Of a DNA stretch of 40,038 nucleotides, positions 9,405 through 17,842 are shown in pieces. The DNA is from Dehalococcoidales bacterium. Lineage in GTDB: Bacteria; Chloroflexota; Dehalococcoidia; Dehalococcoidales; UBA3254. Made by a program: the position numbers and the translations under genes. The notes beneath the pieces were generated by a model. That model did not search any database and was not told the origin of the DNA. It saw only the letters and a program-made list of their open reading frames with translations. Position 1 is the first letter of the stretch. Each line of letters starts with the position of its first letter. The stretch spans positions 1-40,038 of the forward strand of contig DAOUFH010000095.1 of assembly GCA_034429955.1 (NCBI GenBank), given 5' to 3'.

Positions 9405-11690
9405 ATGGATGATCGCAAATTAATCGAATCAACTCCTTTTTCAATTGATGCTCGTGTTGCAATCCAGCTAGGAAGAGAAAGTATTTCTAGTTCACTAGTC
9501 GCAGTATCCGAACTAGTTAAAAATTCCTATGATGCAGATGCTGAGGAAATAATAATTGAGTTTTTTGACCGCAATACTACATCACCAACAATAGTCATCG
9601 AAGATGATGGAAATGGAATGACTTTTGATACACTGAAGAACAACTGGTTACGAATAGGTACAGACAATAAATCCAAAACGGATAAATCCGAAGTAAAACA
9701 TCGTGTGCTTACTGGGTTAAAAGGTCTAGGTAGGTTGGGAATTGACAGGCTGTGTAAGAAATTGATACTTCAAACAATCACTGAAACATCAGACCAAGCT
9801 ATTGAACTCGAAATAGATTGGGGTAGTTTTGACCAGAGTGGAGGCATTGACCTTGCTTCTATTAAACATAATATCTACGAGATATCTCCCAAGTTTCATG
9901 ACAAATTCGGGACTTTCCCAACTAATAATAAGTCCAAAGGGACTCGATTAATATTATTAGGACTGAAAGATGAGTGGACTGAAGAGTTTATTACAGAACT
10001 AAAAAACGAACTATCCCGTTTGGTTTCACCGTTTGATAGTATAAAAGACTTTTCAGTCGTGCTAAAAACAGGTATCCCGAAGCTTGATGGCAAAGTAAAT
10101 TCAAAACAATATTTACGCGCTGCAGAAGCAACTCTCCACTCAATAATAGATAAAAACAATATGGTTTCACTTGAAATTGCATCTTCGGCCTATGGAAAAC
10201 GATTCAAACAACCACCCATTTTATGGAAAGATTGGCTTCCAGAAAGAACCTCTGTTCCTAAATGTGGACCTTTACGATTGGAAATGTACTATATTCCAGA
10301 TCGACCAGACAATGTATTACAGTCTCTTGATTTTAAGAAGCAAACTATTAAAGAATTTGTACGTAACAATCAAGGTATAAGAATTTACCGAGACCAATTT
10401 AGAGTGAAGCCCTATGGCGAACCTTCGGGAGAAGGAGACTGGTTAAACCTATCCTATCGTAGGGCAACGCAACCACAAGCAATTACACAGAAAGGATGGA
10501 GGGTCGGTTACCATCAGGTCATCGGTGCTGTATTTATCACTCGTGAATTTAATCCAGGCTTAAATGATCAAACTAATCGAGAAGGTTTAGTAGAAACAAC
10601 TCCTTTTTTTGATTTAAAAGCATTTGGACACAAATCGATTCAAATATTTGAACACTATTTACAGTTATGGGCGTCGGAAGAAAATGATAATAGTGAATCT
10701 GAAAAAGCTAAGGTTAAAACTAACTTAGCAATCTTAAATTCGGTTTCGGTAATTAATGACTTGAAACAAAAAGTCCAAGATCTTGAGATGACATCGGAAT
10801 CGGTTACCGAAAAAGGTAAACTACCCACCAAGGAATTATCCAAACAAATTGAACACGTCGAAAAAACTATAACAGAATCTATTAACTCTTTTAAAAATTA
10901 TGAAATAATTTTAGAAAATGCCCAAAAAGAACTACGACAAGAAAAAGATACCCTTTCAAATCTAGCCTCATTAGGCATATTAACTGTAAGTTTCGGACAC
11001 GAAACTAAAGGAGCCGCAAATTTAGCAGCTCAGAATTCATCAATGCTTAAAAATATTATTCAAAAAGGAAAACTCTTTTTAATGCCCGATGAAGAACAGC
11101 ATTTGTTTGAAAAAATTGACATCATAATAAGAAATATTGATTATGTAAACACCTTTGCTAACTTTGCATTAGCTAACGTTAAATGGGATAAAAGAAAACG
11201 AAGCTTAATTAGTATTGGGAAAATTTGTAAATATGTTATCGACAACTTCAAATTAATTTTTTCCAGTAAAAATATTGATGTTAACATAGATGAGATTGCT
11301 GAAAATATACCGTCTATAAAAGGATTTGCTATAGATTGGGAAAGCATTTTTGTTAATTTTATAACAAATTCAATTTGGGCACTTGAAGATATTCCAGCTG
11401 CAAATCGTAAAATTTGCATCTCAATTAAAAACAATGATGATAACATCAAGATAAATTTTGCTGATAGCGGGAAGGGTCTCGAAAAGGGGACTGAGAATAT
11501 GATATTTGCTCCGACGTTTTCAACAAAAAGGAATGAGAAAGGTGAGCAAATCGGAACAGGTATGGGTTTATCAATTATAAAAACATTTGTTGAAAATCAT
11601 GCTAAAGGAAGTATTATTGCGATTTCGCCTGGAAGGATAGGTGGAGCTGAATTCGTTATCACCATTCCCAATAGTAACGATGTGAGGTAA
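9405..11690 (+). CDS. Dual-GHKL protein: N-terminal MORC/Hsp90-like ATPase (HATPase_c_3-like) fused via coiled coil to a histidine-kinase core (DHp + CA)
   Basis: N-terminal module: ELVKNSYDA (N40), IEDDGNGM (D67xGxG), GLKGLGRLG. Residues about 430-520 are heptad-rich. DHp-like LGILTVSFGHETKG (His532, codon 10998-11000). CA domain: NFITNS, DSGKGL, IFAPTFSTK, GTGMGLS. No TM segment. GAGGAA RBS 6 nt before the ATG. Confidence 0.75.
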   Translation: MDDRKLIESTPFSIDARVAIQLGRESISSSLVAVSELVKNSYDADAEEIIIEFFDRNTTSPTIVIEDDGNGMTFDTLKNNWLRIGTDNKSKTDKSEVKHRVLTGLKGLGRLGIDRLCKKLILQTITETSDQAIELEIDWGSFDQSGGIDLASIKHNIYEISPKFHDKFGTFPTNNKSKGTRLILLGLKDEWTEEFITELKNELSRLVSPFDSIKDFSVVLKTGIPKLDGKVNSKQYLRAAEATLHSIIDKNNMVSLEIASSAYGKRFKQPPILWKDWLPERTSVPKCGPLRLEMYYIPDRPDNVLQSLDFKKQTIKEFVRNNQGIRIYRDQFRVKPYGEPSGEGDWLNLSYRRATQPQAITQKGWRVGYHQVIGAVFITREFNPGLNDQTNREGLVETTPFFDLKAFGHKSIQIFEHYLQLWASEENDNSESEKAKVKTNLAILNSVSVINDLKQKVQDLEMTSESVTEKGKLPTKELSKQIEHVEKTITESINSFKNYEIILENAQKELRQEKDTLSNLASLGILTVSFGHETKGAANLAAQNSSMLKNIIQKGKLFLMPDEEQHLFEKIDIIIRNIDYVNTFANFALANVKWDKRKRSLISIGKICKYVIDNFKLIFSSKNIDVNIDEIAENIPSIKGFAIDWESIFVNFITNSIWALEDIPAANRKICISIKNNDDNIKINFADSGKGLEKGTENMIFAPTFSTKRNEKGEQIGTGMGLSIIKTFVENHAKGSIIAISPGRIGGAEFVITIPNSNDVR

Positions 11691-11694
11691 TAAA

Positions 11695-12327
11695 ATGAGC
11701 CAAAACAAAATAGTATGGTTTATTGATGAAAACCCCGATGCACGGAAAACTTACGTCGAGATTTTACAGGGAATTTATTTACAGGATGTTACAGTATTAC
11801 CAGTTGAACCAAAACCCACCATCATTGAAATGAAGTATATTGTTGATAACCCTGATACTGCATCTATTGTTATTGATGAAAAATTGAAAGACACCGGTGT
11901 TGCTCTCTATTTTGGTATTCAACTTGCTGAATACTTCCGCTCGTTAAATGACAAAATTCCCATATATATATTAACGAGCTATTCAGGGGACTATGATTTA
12001 GAGAAGGGTAAATGGAGTGTGGAGTATATAATTGATAAAAATGAACTCACCAAGGATCTTAATACTATAAAGGCCAGATTGCAACGAAATATGTCAATCT
12101 ACTACGATTGTATAGACGAACGAGAACATAGATTCAACGAGTTGTTAAAAAAATCACTTGAACAAGCTATTACTAAAGAAGAAGCAACTGAGCTAGAAAA
12201 TTTGCAATACATACGCGCAAGAAATATTTTGGCAGATGAGCTCGGATCATCGGTTGTTTTAGAGGAAAAAGTCAAACAACAATTAGAATTGTTGGATAAA
12301 CTCGAAAAGGGAATCAAGCATGACTAA
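11695..12327 (+). CDS. Receiver (REC)-like domain protein with C-terminal coiled-coil, no recognisable output domain
   Basis: VWFIDENPD (D11/E12), ASIVIDEKL (D61, codon 11875-11877), IPIYILTSY (T94), YIIDK (K113) match the CheY-fold signature spacing. Residues about 125-210 are helical and charged. Starts 4 nt after the kinase stop, with a GAGG RBS. Confidence 0.55.
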   Translation: MSQNKIVWFIDENPDARKTYVEILQGIYLQDVTVLPVEPKPTIIEMKYIVDNPDTASIVIDEKLKDTGVALYFGIQLAEYFRSLNDKIPIYILTSYSGDYDLEKGKWSVEYIIDKNELTKDLNTIKARLQRNMSIYYDCIDEREHRFNELLKKSLEQAITKEEATELENLQYIRARNILADELGSSVVLEEKVKQQLELLDKLEKGIKHD

Positions 12328-12985
12328 TAATACAAAAATTTCTTATGATCATCTTTTTTATCCACAGCTTAAACGAAGACAGACATATTTGACGCATAAA
12401 AATAGTTCAAATTTCCAATATAATAGTTATAAGGAACAAATCGAGCAAGATTGCAAGCACAGGTGTGTGTATTGTGACATTACCTATTGTGAAATAGGTT
12501 TTGAAGGAATGGTGTTAGATCATTTCAGACCTCAACGACATTTCCCAGCACTATGTAATAATCCTTATAACTTAGTTCTTTCATGTCCAAAGTGTAATAG
12601 ACTTAAATCTGATTTATGGCCAGCCGGTGTAGATTGTCCTGAAACTTTCAAAGATAATTGCGGGTTTGTAGATCCATTTATAGAATCAATGCAGAGTTAT
12701 TTTTCTATAAAAACTGATGGTATGATTGAGCCGTTGAGACCACCAGCTACTTACCTTGAAAAAGTTCTCCATCTTAATCGATACGCACGGAAACAAGTAC
12801 GTTATTTAAGAATAATTACAAGCAGGATAGAACAATTTCGAAGTCAATTAGAACGAGAGTTCATCGAAAAATCTAATCAACATAATGAACAAAAAATAAC
12901 GGACGCTGATTTCATTTATTACATCAAGGAATACAGGCAAAAACTAGAACTAATGCGAAACCTCAACTCTAAAAACAAACAATGA
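12320..12985 (+). CDS. HNH (His-Me finger) endonuclease, PtuB/TIGR02646-like
   Basis: C49xxC52 ... D67-H68 ... N84 ... C89xxC92-N93 (CVYCD..LDHFRP..NLVLSCPKCNRLK). The ATG overlaps the upstream stop (ATGACTAA, 8-nt overlap). Confidence 0.8.
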   Translation: MTNNTKISYDHLFYPQLKRRQTYLTHKNSSNFQYNSYKEQIEQDCKHRCVYCDITYCEIGFEGMVLDHFRPQRHFPALCNNPYNLVLSCPKCNRLKSDLWPAGVDCPETFKDNCGFVDPFIESMQSYFSIKTDGMIEPLRPPATYLEKVLHLNRYARKQVRYLRIITSRIEQFRSQLEREFIEKSNQHNEQKITDADFIYYIKEYRQKLELMRNLNSKNKQ

Positions 12986-13050
12986 CTATTATTTGTAAAT
13001 ATACACTATGACTAATTTATCTATAGAATTTGAAATCGATTATCTCTCTA

Positions 13051-13314
13051 ATATTTATCAGTTAACGTTAAGCCCCTGCTCCTGATCGTATTCAGGGCAT
13101 AGGAATGCAGGGCGATGGGTGCCAGACCATTAAGGGCATTTTCAAGTTTGATATAGCTGGCTGAATCATAGGTTTTAGCTGTTTCCTCTGCAGCTTCATA
13201 CATATATCTGGTGAGAGCATAAACGGTATCTTCATCTATATCTTCAGTGGTATAAAGTGTGTCCCATTGAGAAACGGTATAGACCCTTTCAGACTGTCCC
13301 TTAAGTTGTAAAAG
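13051..13314 (-). pseudogene. 3' remnant of a solute-binding protein gene (possibly TAXI/TRAP-type), no start codon
   Basis: 88 open codons bounded by stops, at normal (non-island) GC. It translates to ..VYTVSQWDTLYTTEDIDEDTVYALTRYMYEAAEETAKTYDSASYIKLENALNGLAPIALHSYALNTIRSRGL... The LH-x2-A-x7-G spacing resembles the C-terminal PLHPGAxxYYKExG of TAXI receptors. No N-terminal part is present. Confidence 0.4.
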
Positions 13315-13319
13315 CTAAT

Positions 13320-13570
13320 TAAAAATACGAAATAACTTCGGAAAGAGCGGCAAGCTTCGGGAAAAGGTGAGTAACAAGAAGTTTTAGTTTCTAAGATTTA
13401 TCCCTGCCCTAGGATGCTTCGTTGCGCTCCAGAATGACACAATGGAGATAGGGAGAGTTTGGACTTTCAAGTTATAGGTGATAAGCTAGAAGTTTTAAGT
13501 TTAGGGAAAGGGTGAACTGTTAGCAGTCAGCTAGTCAGCTTGTAGCTTTGAGGAAGGGTCAATTTATACG
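13320..13570. repeat. Degenerate mosaic intergenic repeat, copy D
   Basis: Contains AAGGTGAGTAA (as at 27900), GTTTTAAGTT words (also at 1525 and 3210) and GTTAGCAGTCAGCTAGTCAGCT..TTTGAGGAAGGGT, which resembles the reverse complement of the hairpin module at 100-141. Confidence 0.45.
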
Positions 13571-13587
13571 TCTTGTGAGTCTTTTAA

Positions 13588-13943
13588 AAGCCAGGTAAAC
13601 CTGTAAGCCGAGTTCTGTGACCTGCCGCAGCAGGCCGGCGACCATCTATCTAGGCCGGCTGTTGCCAGACGGCTCATGCGGCCAACCCGAGGACGGGCCG
13701 GGCTTTCCCATTGTCCTTCTATTTGGCCTTGCTCCGGATGGGGTTTGCACGGCCGGACAGTTACCTGCCCGCCGGTGAGCTCTTACCTCGCCATTTCACC
13801 CTTACCTCAATAAAGAGGCGGTATGTTTCTGTTGCGCTGTCCGTAGGGTTGCCCCTCCCGGGTGTTACCCGGCATCCTGCCCGCGGAGCTCGGACTTTCC
13901 TCCCCGATCTTACAATCGCGGCGGTCGCCCGGTTTACCTGGCA
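13588..13943 (-). ncRNA. rnpB: RNase P RNA, bacterial type A
   Basis: The minus strand reads GGAGGAAAGTCCGAGCTCC (P4 5' strand, around 13876-13900) and ACAGAACTCGGCTTACAG (P4 3' strand, around 13598-13620). The P1 helix is CCAGGTAAACC / GGTTTACCTGG at the two ends. About 355 nt, GC-rich. The ORFs called over it are spurious. Confidence 0.92.
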
Positions 13944-14068
13944 CACAACATTATATCTTTTCTGGTTTCAAGTTGCGAGTTACAGACCGGAAATAAATTC
14001 AAAATAAAAGCAGATTATCCTTAAACCCGCTCCCGATGTAGAATGATACAGAGACAGGAGCAGACGGG

Positions 14069-14677
14069 ATGAAGAATACGCAGCATAAACAGGGCGTACA
14101 GGGACAGCCGGAGCGCATTTATCTGGCCGGGCCGGAGGTGTTTTTACAGAACGCCCGGGAAATCGGGGAACTTAAAAAGGCATTGTGCACCAAATACGGA
14201 TTCGAGGGCGTGTTCCCCCTGGACTCCGCCATAGATACTCACAATAAAAACAGGTATGCAACCGGTCTGTTGATCTCTGCCGCCAATGAAAAGCTGATCA
14301 AAAGCTGCCGGTACGTCATCGCCAATATCACGCCTTTCAGAGGACCCAGTGCCGATGCCGGCACGGTTTATGAGATCGGTTGCGCCAGAGGCTGCGGGCT
14401 GAAAATATTCGCTTACTCCAATACAAACTTATCCTATACAGAACGGGGCTGCCGCTTTTTTAAAACAGCCGATCAACTCGACGGCAGCGATCAGTTGAGA
14501 GACCCTCACGCAATGGCAATAGAGGATTATGCCATGGCCGACAACCTGATGATAGAGGGAGGGATCGTATCCAGCGGAGGCCGGCTGGTTCTGAACGATG
14601 TGCCAGTCAGCGAATTGTTCACCAGCCTGCAAGGTTGCGAACAATGCCTGCGGTACCTTCAAACCAGCCTGCAATAA
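14069..14677 (+). CDS. Nucleoside 2-deoxyribosyltransferase family protein
   Basis: IYLAGPEVF N-terminal motif and DAGTVYEIG motif typical of PF05014. AGGAG RBS 9 nt upstream. Confidence 0.75.
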   Translation: MKNTQHKQGVQGQPERIYLAGPEVFLQNAREIGELKKALCTKYGFEGVFPLDSAIDTHNKNRYATGLLISAANEKLIKSCRYVIANITPFRGPSADAGTVYEIGCARGCGLKIFAYSNTNLSYTERGCRFFKTADQLDGSDQLRDPHAMAIEDYAMADNLMIEGGIVSSGGRLVLNDVPVSELFTSLQGCEQCLRYLQTSLQ

Positions 14678-14689
14678 ACGGTTGCCCGG

Positions 14690-15091
14690 CTATTTTCTAT
14701 CCAGGGCCAGATTGGCCAGTTTATCGGCTTCGCGGTTCTGCTCACGGGGAATATTGCGGATTTGAAAAGCGGTGAAGCTGCCGGCCAGACGGCGGACTTC
14801 TTCATGTAGCGGTTTAAGCTCTTCTTTTTTGACCCGGTAGATTCCCAGCACCTGGCGCACCATCAATTCGGAATCACTGCGTACCAGTACCTCTTTAGCA
14901 CCCAGAGCTTTAGCCTTCTTCAAACCGGCTATAATCGCGCGGTATTCAGCCTGGTTATTGGTGGTCTCACCGATTTTCTCGGAGATTTCGGCCACCAGGA
15001 CATTTTTTTCATCCTTTAAAGTGACGCCGATAGCCGCCGAACCGGGATTACCGCGGGAGGCGCCATCGACATTTAAAATCAGTTTAGTCAA
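14690..15091 (-). CDS. rnhA: Ribonuclease HI
   Basis: LNVDGASRGNPG..AAIG, TNNQAEYRA, VRSDSELMVRQ, REQNREADKLAN are the RNase H catalytic D-E-D-D context. Start set at the TTG at 15091, preceded by GAAAGGA. The track ORF extends to 15202 through a Cys/hydrophobic stretch that looks non-coding. Confidence 0.8.
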   Translation of the reverse strand: MTKLILNVDGASRGNPGSAAIGVTLKDEKNVLVAEISEKIGETTNNQAEYRAIIAGLKKAKALGAKEVLVRSDSELMVRQVLGIYRVKKEELKPLHEEVRRLAGSFTAFQIRNIPREQNREADKLANLALDRK

Positions 15092-15304
15092 GCCAACAGT
15101 CCTTTCAATCTTTCTACAATCAAAGCAGGGGCCAACCTTACAAAAACAGACGAGCAGAACAAATACCCTGTTTACCCATTGTACAGGCAGGGTGAATGAC
15201 AAGCAACCGGCAAGAGATGCAAAGTCCGCACCGGCTGCCGGACTGAAGGTGATTCGAGTATAATCAATTGGTAAGGTGCTTGATTCGCCTTCAGGAGGGT
15301 TCAG

Positions 15305-16132
15305 GTGTCTAGAAAAAACTTGACCGAAATCATAATCAGTATTCTGGCAATCGTCTCAATAATACTGGTAGCGGTGGAGTCGTTGGTAAACGTAGCCAAA
15401 GAGACTTTAGTGGCAATCTATATCGCCGATGGAATAATTTGTCTGGTATTTGCAATCGATTTTATCCTGCGTCTGAAAGACAGCGGCAATAAAAGCGCTT
15501 TTATGAAAAGCAACGGCTATGAAATAATCGCCATGCTGCCGGCGGTGTTGTTGTACGCAGTCGGCACACTGCCCGTCATAGCGGTCATTTTACGTTCTGT
15601 CAGAATCGTCAGGGCAGTAGTGGTCCTGGCCCGTTTAAGAAGAGTCTTCGCCACAGCCGGCAAATTCGTTAAGAGAAGCAACCTGCTGACTTTATTCGGC
15701 ATCACAGCCGGTATTATACTTATCGGCGCCCTTTGCGCCTATACTCTGGACGCAGGAACACCTGATGCCGAAATAACCAATTTCTCGGACGCCATCTGGT
15801 GGAGTATTTCAACCGTCACAACCGTAGGCTACGGTGATGTAGTACCTACCAGCCTGGCTGGACGCATAATGGGCATGGTGCTGATGGTGGTGGGAATCGG
15901 CGTAATGTCAGCCTTTATATCCCAGGTGAGCGCCACCATGGTCGAGAACCGCATCAGGCATAACAACCGGGAAAAGGACGATTTCAAAACAACCTTGCTG
16001 AATGAAATCAAACACCGCCTGGACAACATCGAGAACCTGAGCGACAGCGAACTGGAGCTGCTAATGAAGAGTATTCAAACCTTGAGACTGCAGGAGACCT
16101 CCGTCAAAAAGACCGGAGACAAACCGGCTTGA
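15305..16132 (+). CDS. Voltage-gated-type (6TM) potassium channel
   Basis: S4-like LRSVRIVRAVVVLARLRR with Arg every third residue. Selectivity filter TTVGYGDV. GTG start. Confidence 0.85.
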   Translation: MSRKNLTEIIISILAIVSIILVAVESLVNVAKETLVAIYIADGIICLVFAIDFILRLKDSGNKSAFMKSNGYEIIAMLPAVLLYAVGTLPVIAVILRSVRIVRAVVVLARLRRVFATAGKFVKRSNLLTLFGITAGIILIGALCAYTLDAGTPDAEITNFSDAIWWSISTVTTVGYGDVVPTSLAGRIMGMVLMVVGIGVMSAFISQVSATMVENRIRHNNREKDDFKTTLLNEIKHRLDNIENLSDSELELLMKSIQTLRLQETSVKKTGDKPA

Positions 16133-16137
16133 GATGA

Positions 16138-17061
16138 CTAGACCACCAGACTGAGAGCAGAGGGCAGGAGGCTGAAAGTAGCCGGACCGGAACCCAGAAT
16201 CTCCCCGTCCGCCTCGACCAGCAACTCCTGGCTGGACTCCACAGTCACCTGCGTACCTCTTTCGATACGCACCTTGGGCAGAGTGACATGCGTGCCTTTA
16301 TAAACTTTTGAGAGATTGCGTAACAACTCCAGTTTACCGAAATTGCCCAGCATCACCATATCGAAGAGATTATCATCCGGCCGGGCGTTGGGAGCGATAT
16401 GCATGCCGCCGCCGAAATAGCGGCCGTTAGCCACTACCAAACTGAGCATACGACCGGTCTCGACGGCCTTCTCACCGATCTTGTAAGTAACTTTACGGTT
16501 ACGATAGGTCAGGAAAGTGCGCAGCAGGCCCAGCAGATAAGAAAAATCGCCCAGGAACTTGGGCATCTTCTCTGTGGCTGAGACCACTGTGGCATCGAAC
16601 CCTATACCGGCGCCGTTCACGAAATAGCGCTCTGAGGGCAGTCCGTTTTTGACAAATTTAACCAGGCCCATATCGATAACACGGCGCTTTCCGCCGGTGA
16701 GAGTCTGACAGGCCTGATTGAAATCGTGGGGAGTGTTCAGGGTACGGGCCAGGTCGCTACCGGTGCCGGTACAGATGATGCCCAGACTGGTAATTTTAGA
16801 GTTAGCGGTCTTCAGAATGCCGTTGGCGACCTCATGGATAGTTCCGTCGCCGCCCACAGCCACCAGATAGCGATAGCCGTTGCCGGCTGCTTCGCGGGCG
16901 ATTTCAATGCCGTGGCCGCGGCCCTCGGTGAATTGAAATTCAAAGGCCAGCCCCAGGCTCTTCAGCAGACTTTGGATGCCGGGCCATTTACGGTGGGTAG
17001 AATTGGCCCCGGCCGCCGGGTTTATTATAACCTTAAGATGATTTTTCATCTCAGTGAACAA
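16138..17061 (-). CDS. YegS/BmrU-family lipid (diacylglycerol) kinase
   Basis: IINPAAG and VAVGGDGTIHEV motifs of the DAGK catalytic domain. 307 aa. Confidence 0.85.
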   Translation of the reverse strand: MFTEMKNHLKVIINPAAGANSTHRKWPGIQSLLKSLGLAFEFQFTEGRGHGIEIAREAAGNGYRYLVAVGGDGTIHEVANGILKTANSKITSLGIICTGTGSDLARTLNTPHDFNQACQTLTGGKRRVIDMGLVKFVKNGLPSERYFVNGAGIGFDATVVSATEKMPKFLGDFSYLLGLLRTFLTYRNRKVTYKIGEKAVETGRMLSLVVANGRYFGGGMHIAPNARPDDNLFDMVMLGNFGKLELLRNLSKVYKGTHVTLPKVRIERGTQVTVESSQELLVEADGEILGSGPATFSLLPSALSLVV

Positions 17062-17307
17062 ATTCGAAATTCAAAATAAAAAATTCTAATTTTCAAGCAA
17101 AAATTCAAAACAAAACTATAATCAGGATTTAGACCCTACTTTTTTAAGTATAGCATTAAATCTTATTAAAAATCTCCTTAGCCTCGTAAACCACTGAATT
17201 TCTCAATTCATCAGGCTCAGGAGCTTTAATCACAACTACACCCGCCGGTAAAAATACTCAAATCCGGTTTTGGCCTTTATTATTTTGTATTTATTATTGC
17301 TAATCAG

Positions 17308-17805
17308 TTAGTCCAACAGGGTAATAGTGAGGGAGGGTTTTTCTTTGAGCTCGAAGGCGATGCCGGCATCTTTGAACATGGTCAGAAACTCGTCGTCGGC
17401 ATAGCGGCCGAAACTGACAAAGCGTTTTATCTGGGCATTGACCAGCATCTTGGCACATAAAACGCAGGGAGAATGAGTGCAGTAAATAGTAGCGCCCTGG
17501 ATACTGATGCCGTGCAGGGCAGCCTGGATAATTACGTTCTGTTCGGCATGCACCGCCCGGCAAATCTCGGCGCTTTTACCGGAAGGTATGTTGAGTTTAT
17601 TGCGCAGGCAGCCCAGGGTAAGACAGTCTTGCAGGCTGGCCGGTGCGCCGTTATAGCCGGTGGCCAAAATTCTTTTGTCTTTGACAGCCACTGCGCCCAT
17701 GTGATGACGCTGGCAGGTAGCACGTTCGCCCACCACAGCGGCGATCTTCAAAAAATATTCATCAAGGTCGGGACGGTTGCAGGCAGTCATATCAAACCTC
17801 ATCAA
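17308..17805 (-). CDS. dCMP deaminase (CMP/dCMP deaminase zinc-binding family)
   Basis: HAEQNVI and THSPCVLCAKM (HAE...PCxxC) zinc motifs. N-terminal RPDLDEYFL. Confidence 0.88.
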   Translation of the reverse strand: MMRFDMTACNRPDLDEYFLKIAAVVGERATCQRHHMGAVAVKDKRILATGYNGAPASLQDCLTLGCLRNKLNIPSGKSAEICRAVHAEQNVIIQAALHGISIQGATIYCTHSPCVLCAKMLVNAQIKRFVSFGRYADDEFLTMFKDAGIAFELKEKPSLTITLLD

Positions 17806-17842
17806 TCATTTTTATACGTCAGGGACGGCGACTTCCGTCCGG

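Larger units (their letters stand above)
7830..13050. other. AT-rich genomic island (putative horizontally acquired defence island) without recognisable integrase/transposase
   Basis: Abrupt composition change. A hand count of the 60-nt line 9961-10020 gives 22 G+C, versus 37 G+C for line 19441-19500. Four co-directional genes sit on the opposite strand to the flanking tex. The island is bounded on the right by a gene remnant and rnpB. Confidence 0.7.

Noticed and set aside
7830-13050. Looked for integrase, transposase, terminal inverted repeats or a flanking tRNA that would make the island a defined mobile element
   Set aside because: None was found. There is only a weak 10/11-nt direct repeat. 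It is therefore called a genomic island, not a mobile element.
13711-14007. 98-aa plus-strand ORF, and the 61-aa minus-strand ORF at 13761-13946
   Set aside because: Both lie entirely within the RNase P RNA gene, or run out of it. The region carries the rnpB P4 and P1 signatures. The ORFs are Arg/Pro/Gly-rich read-through of a GC-rich structured RNA.
15092-15202. 37-codon N-terminal extension of RNase HI
   Set aside because: The stretch is hydrophobic and Cys-rich and is unlike RNase H. GAAAGGA plus a TTG at 15091 gives a normal 133-aa enzyme. The longer form cannot be fully excluded.
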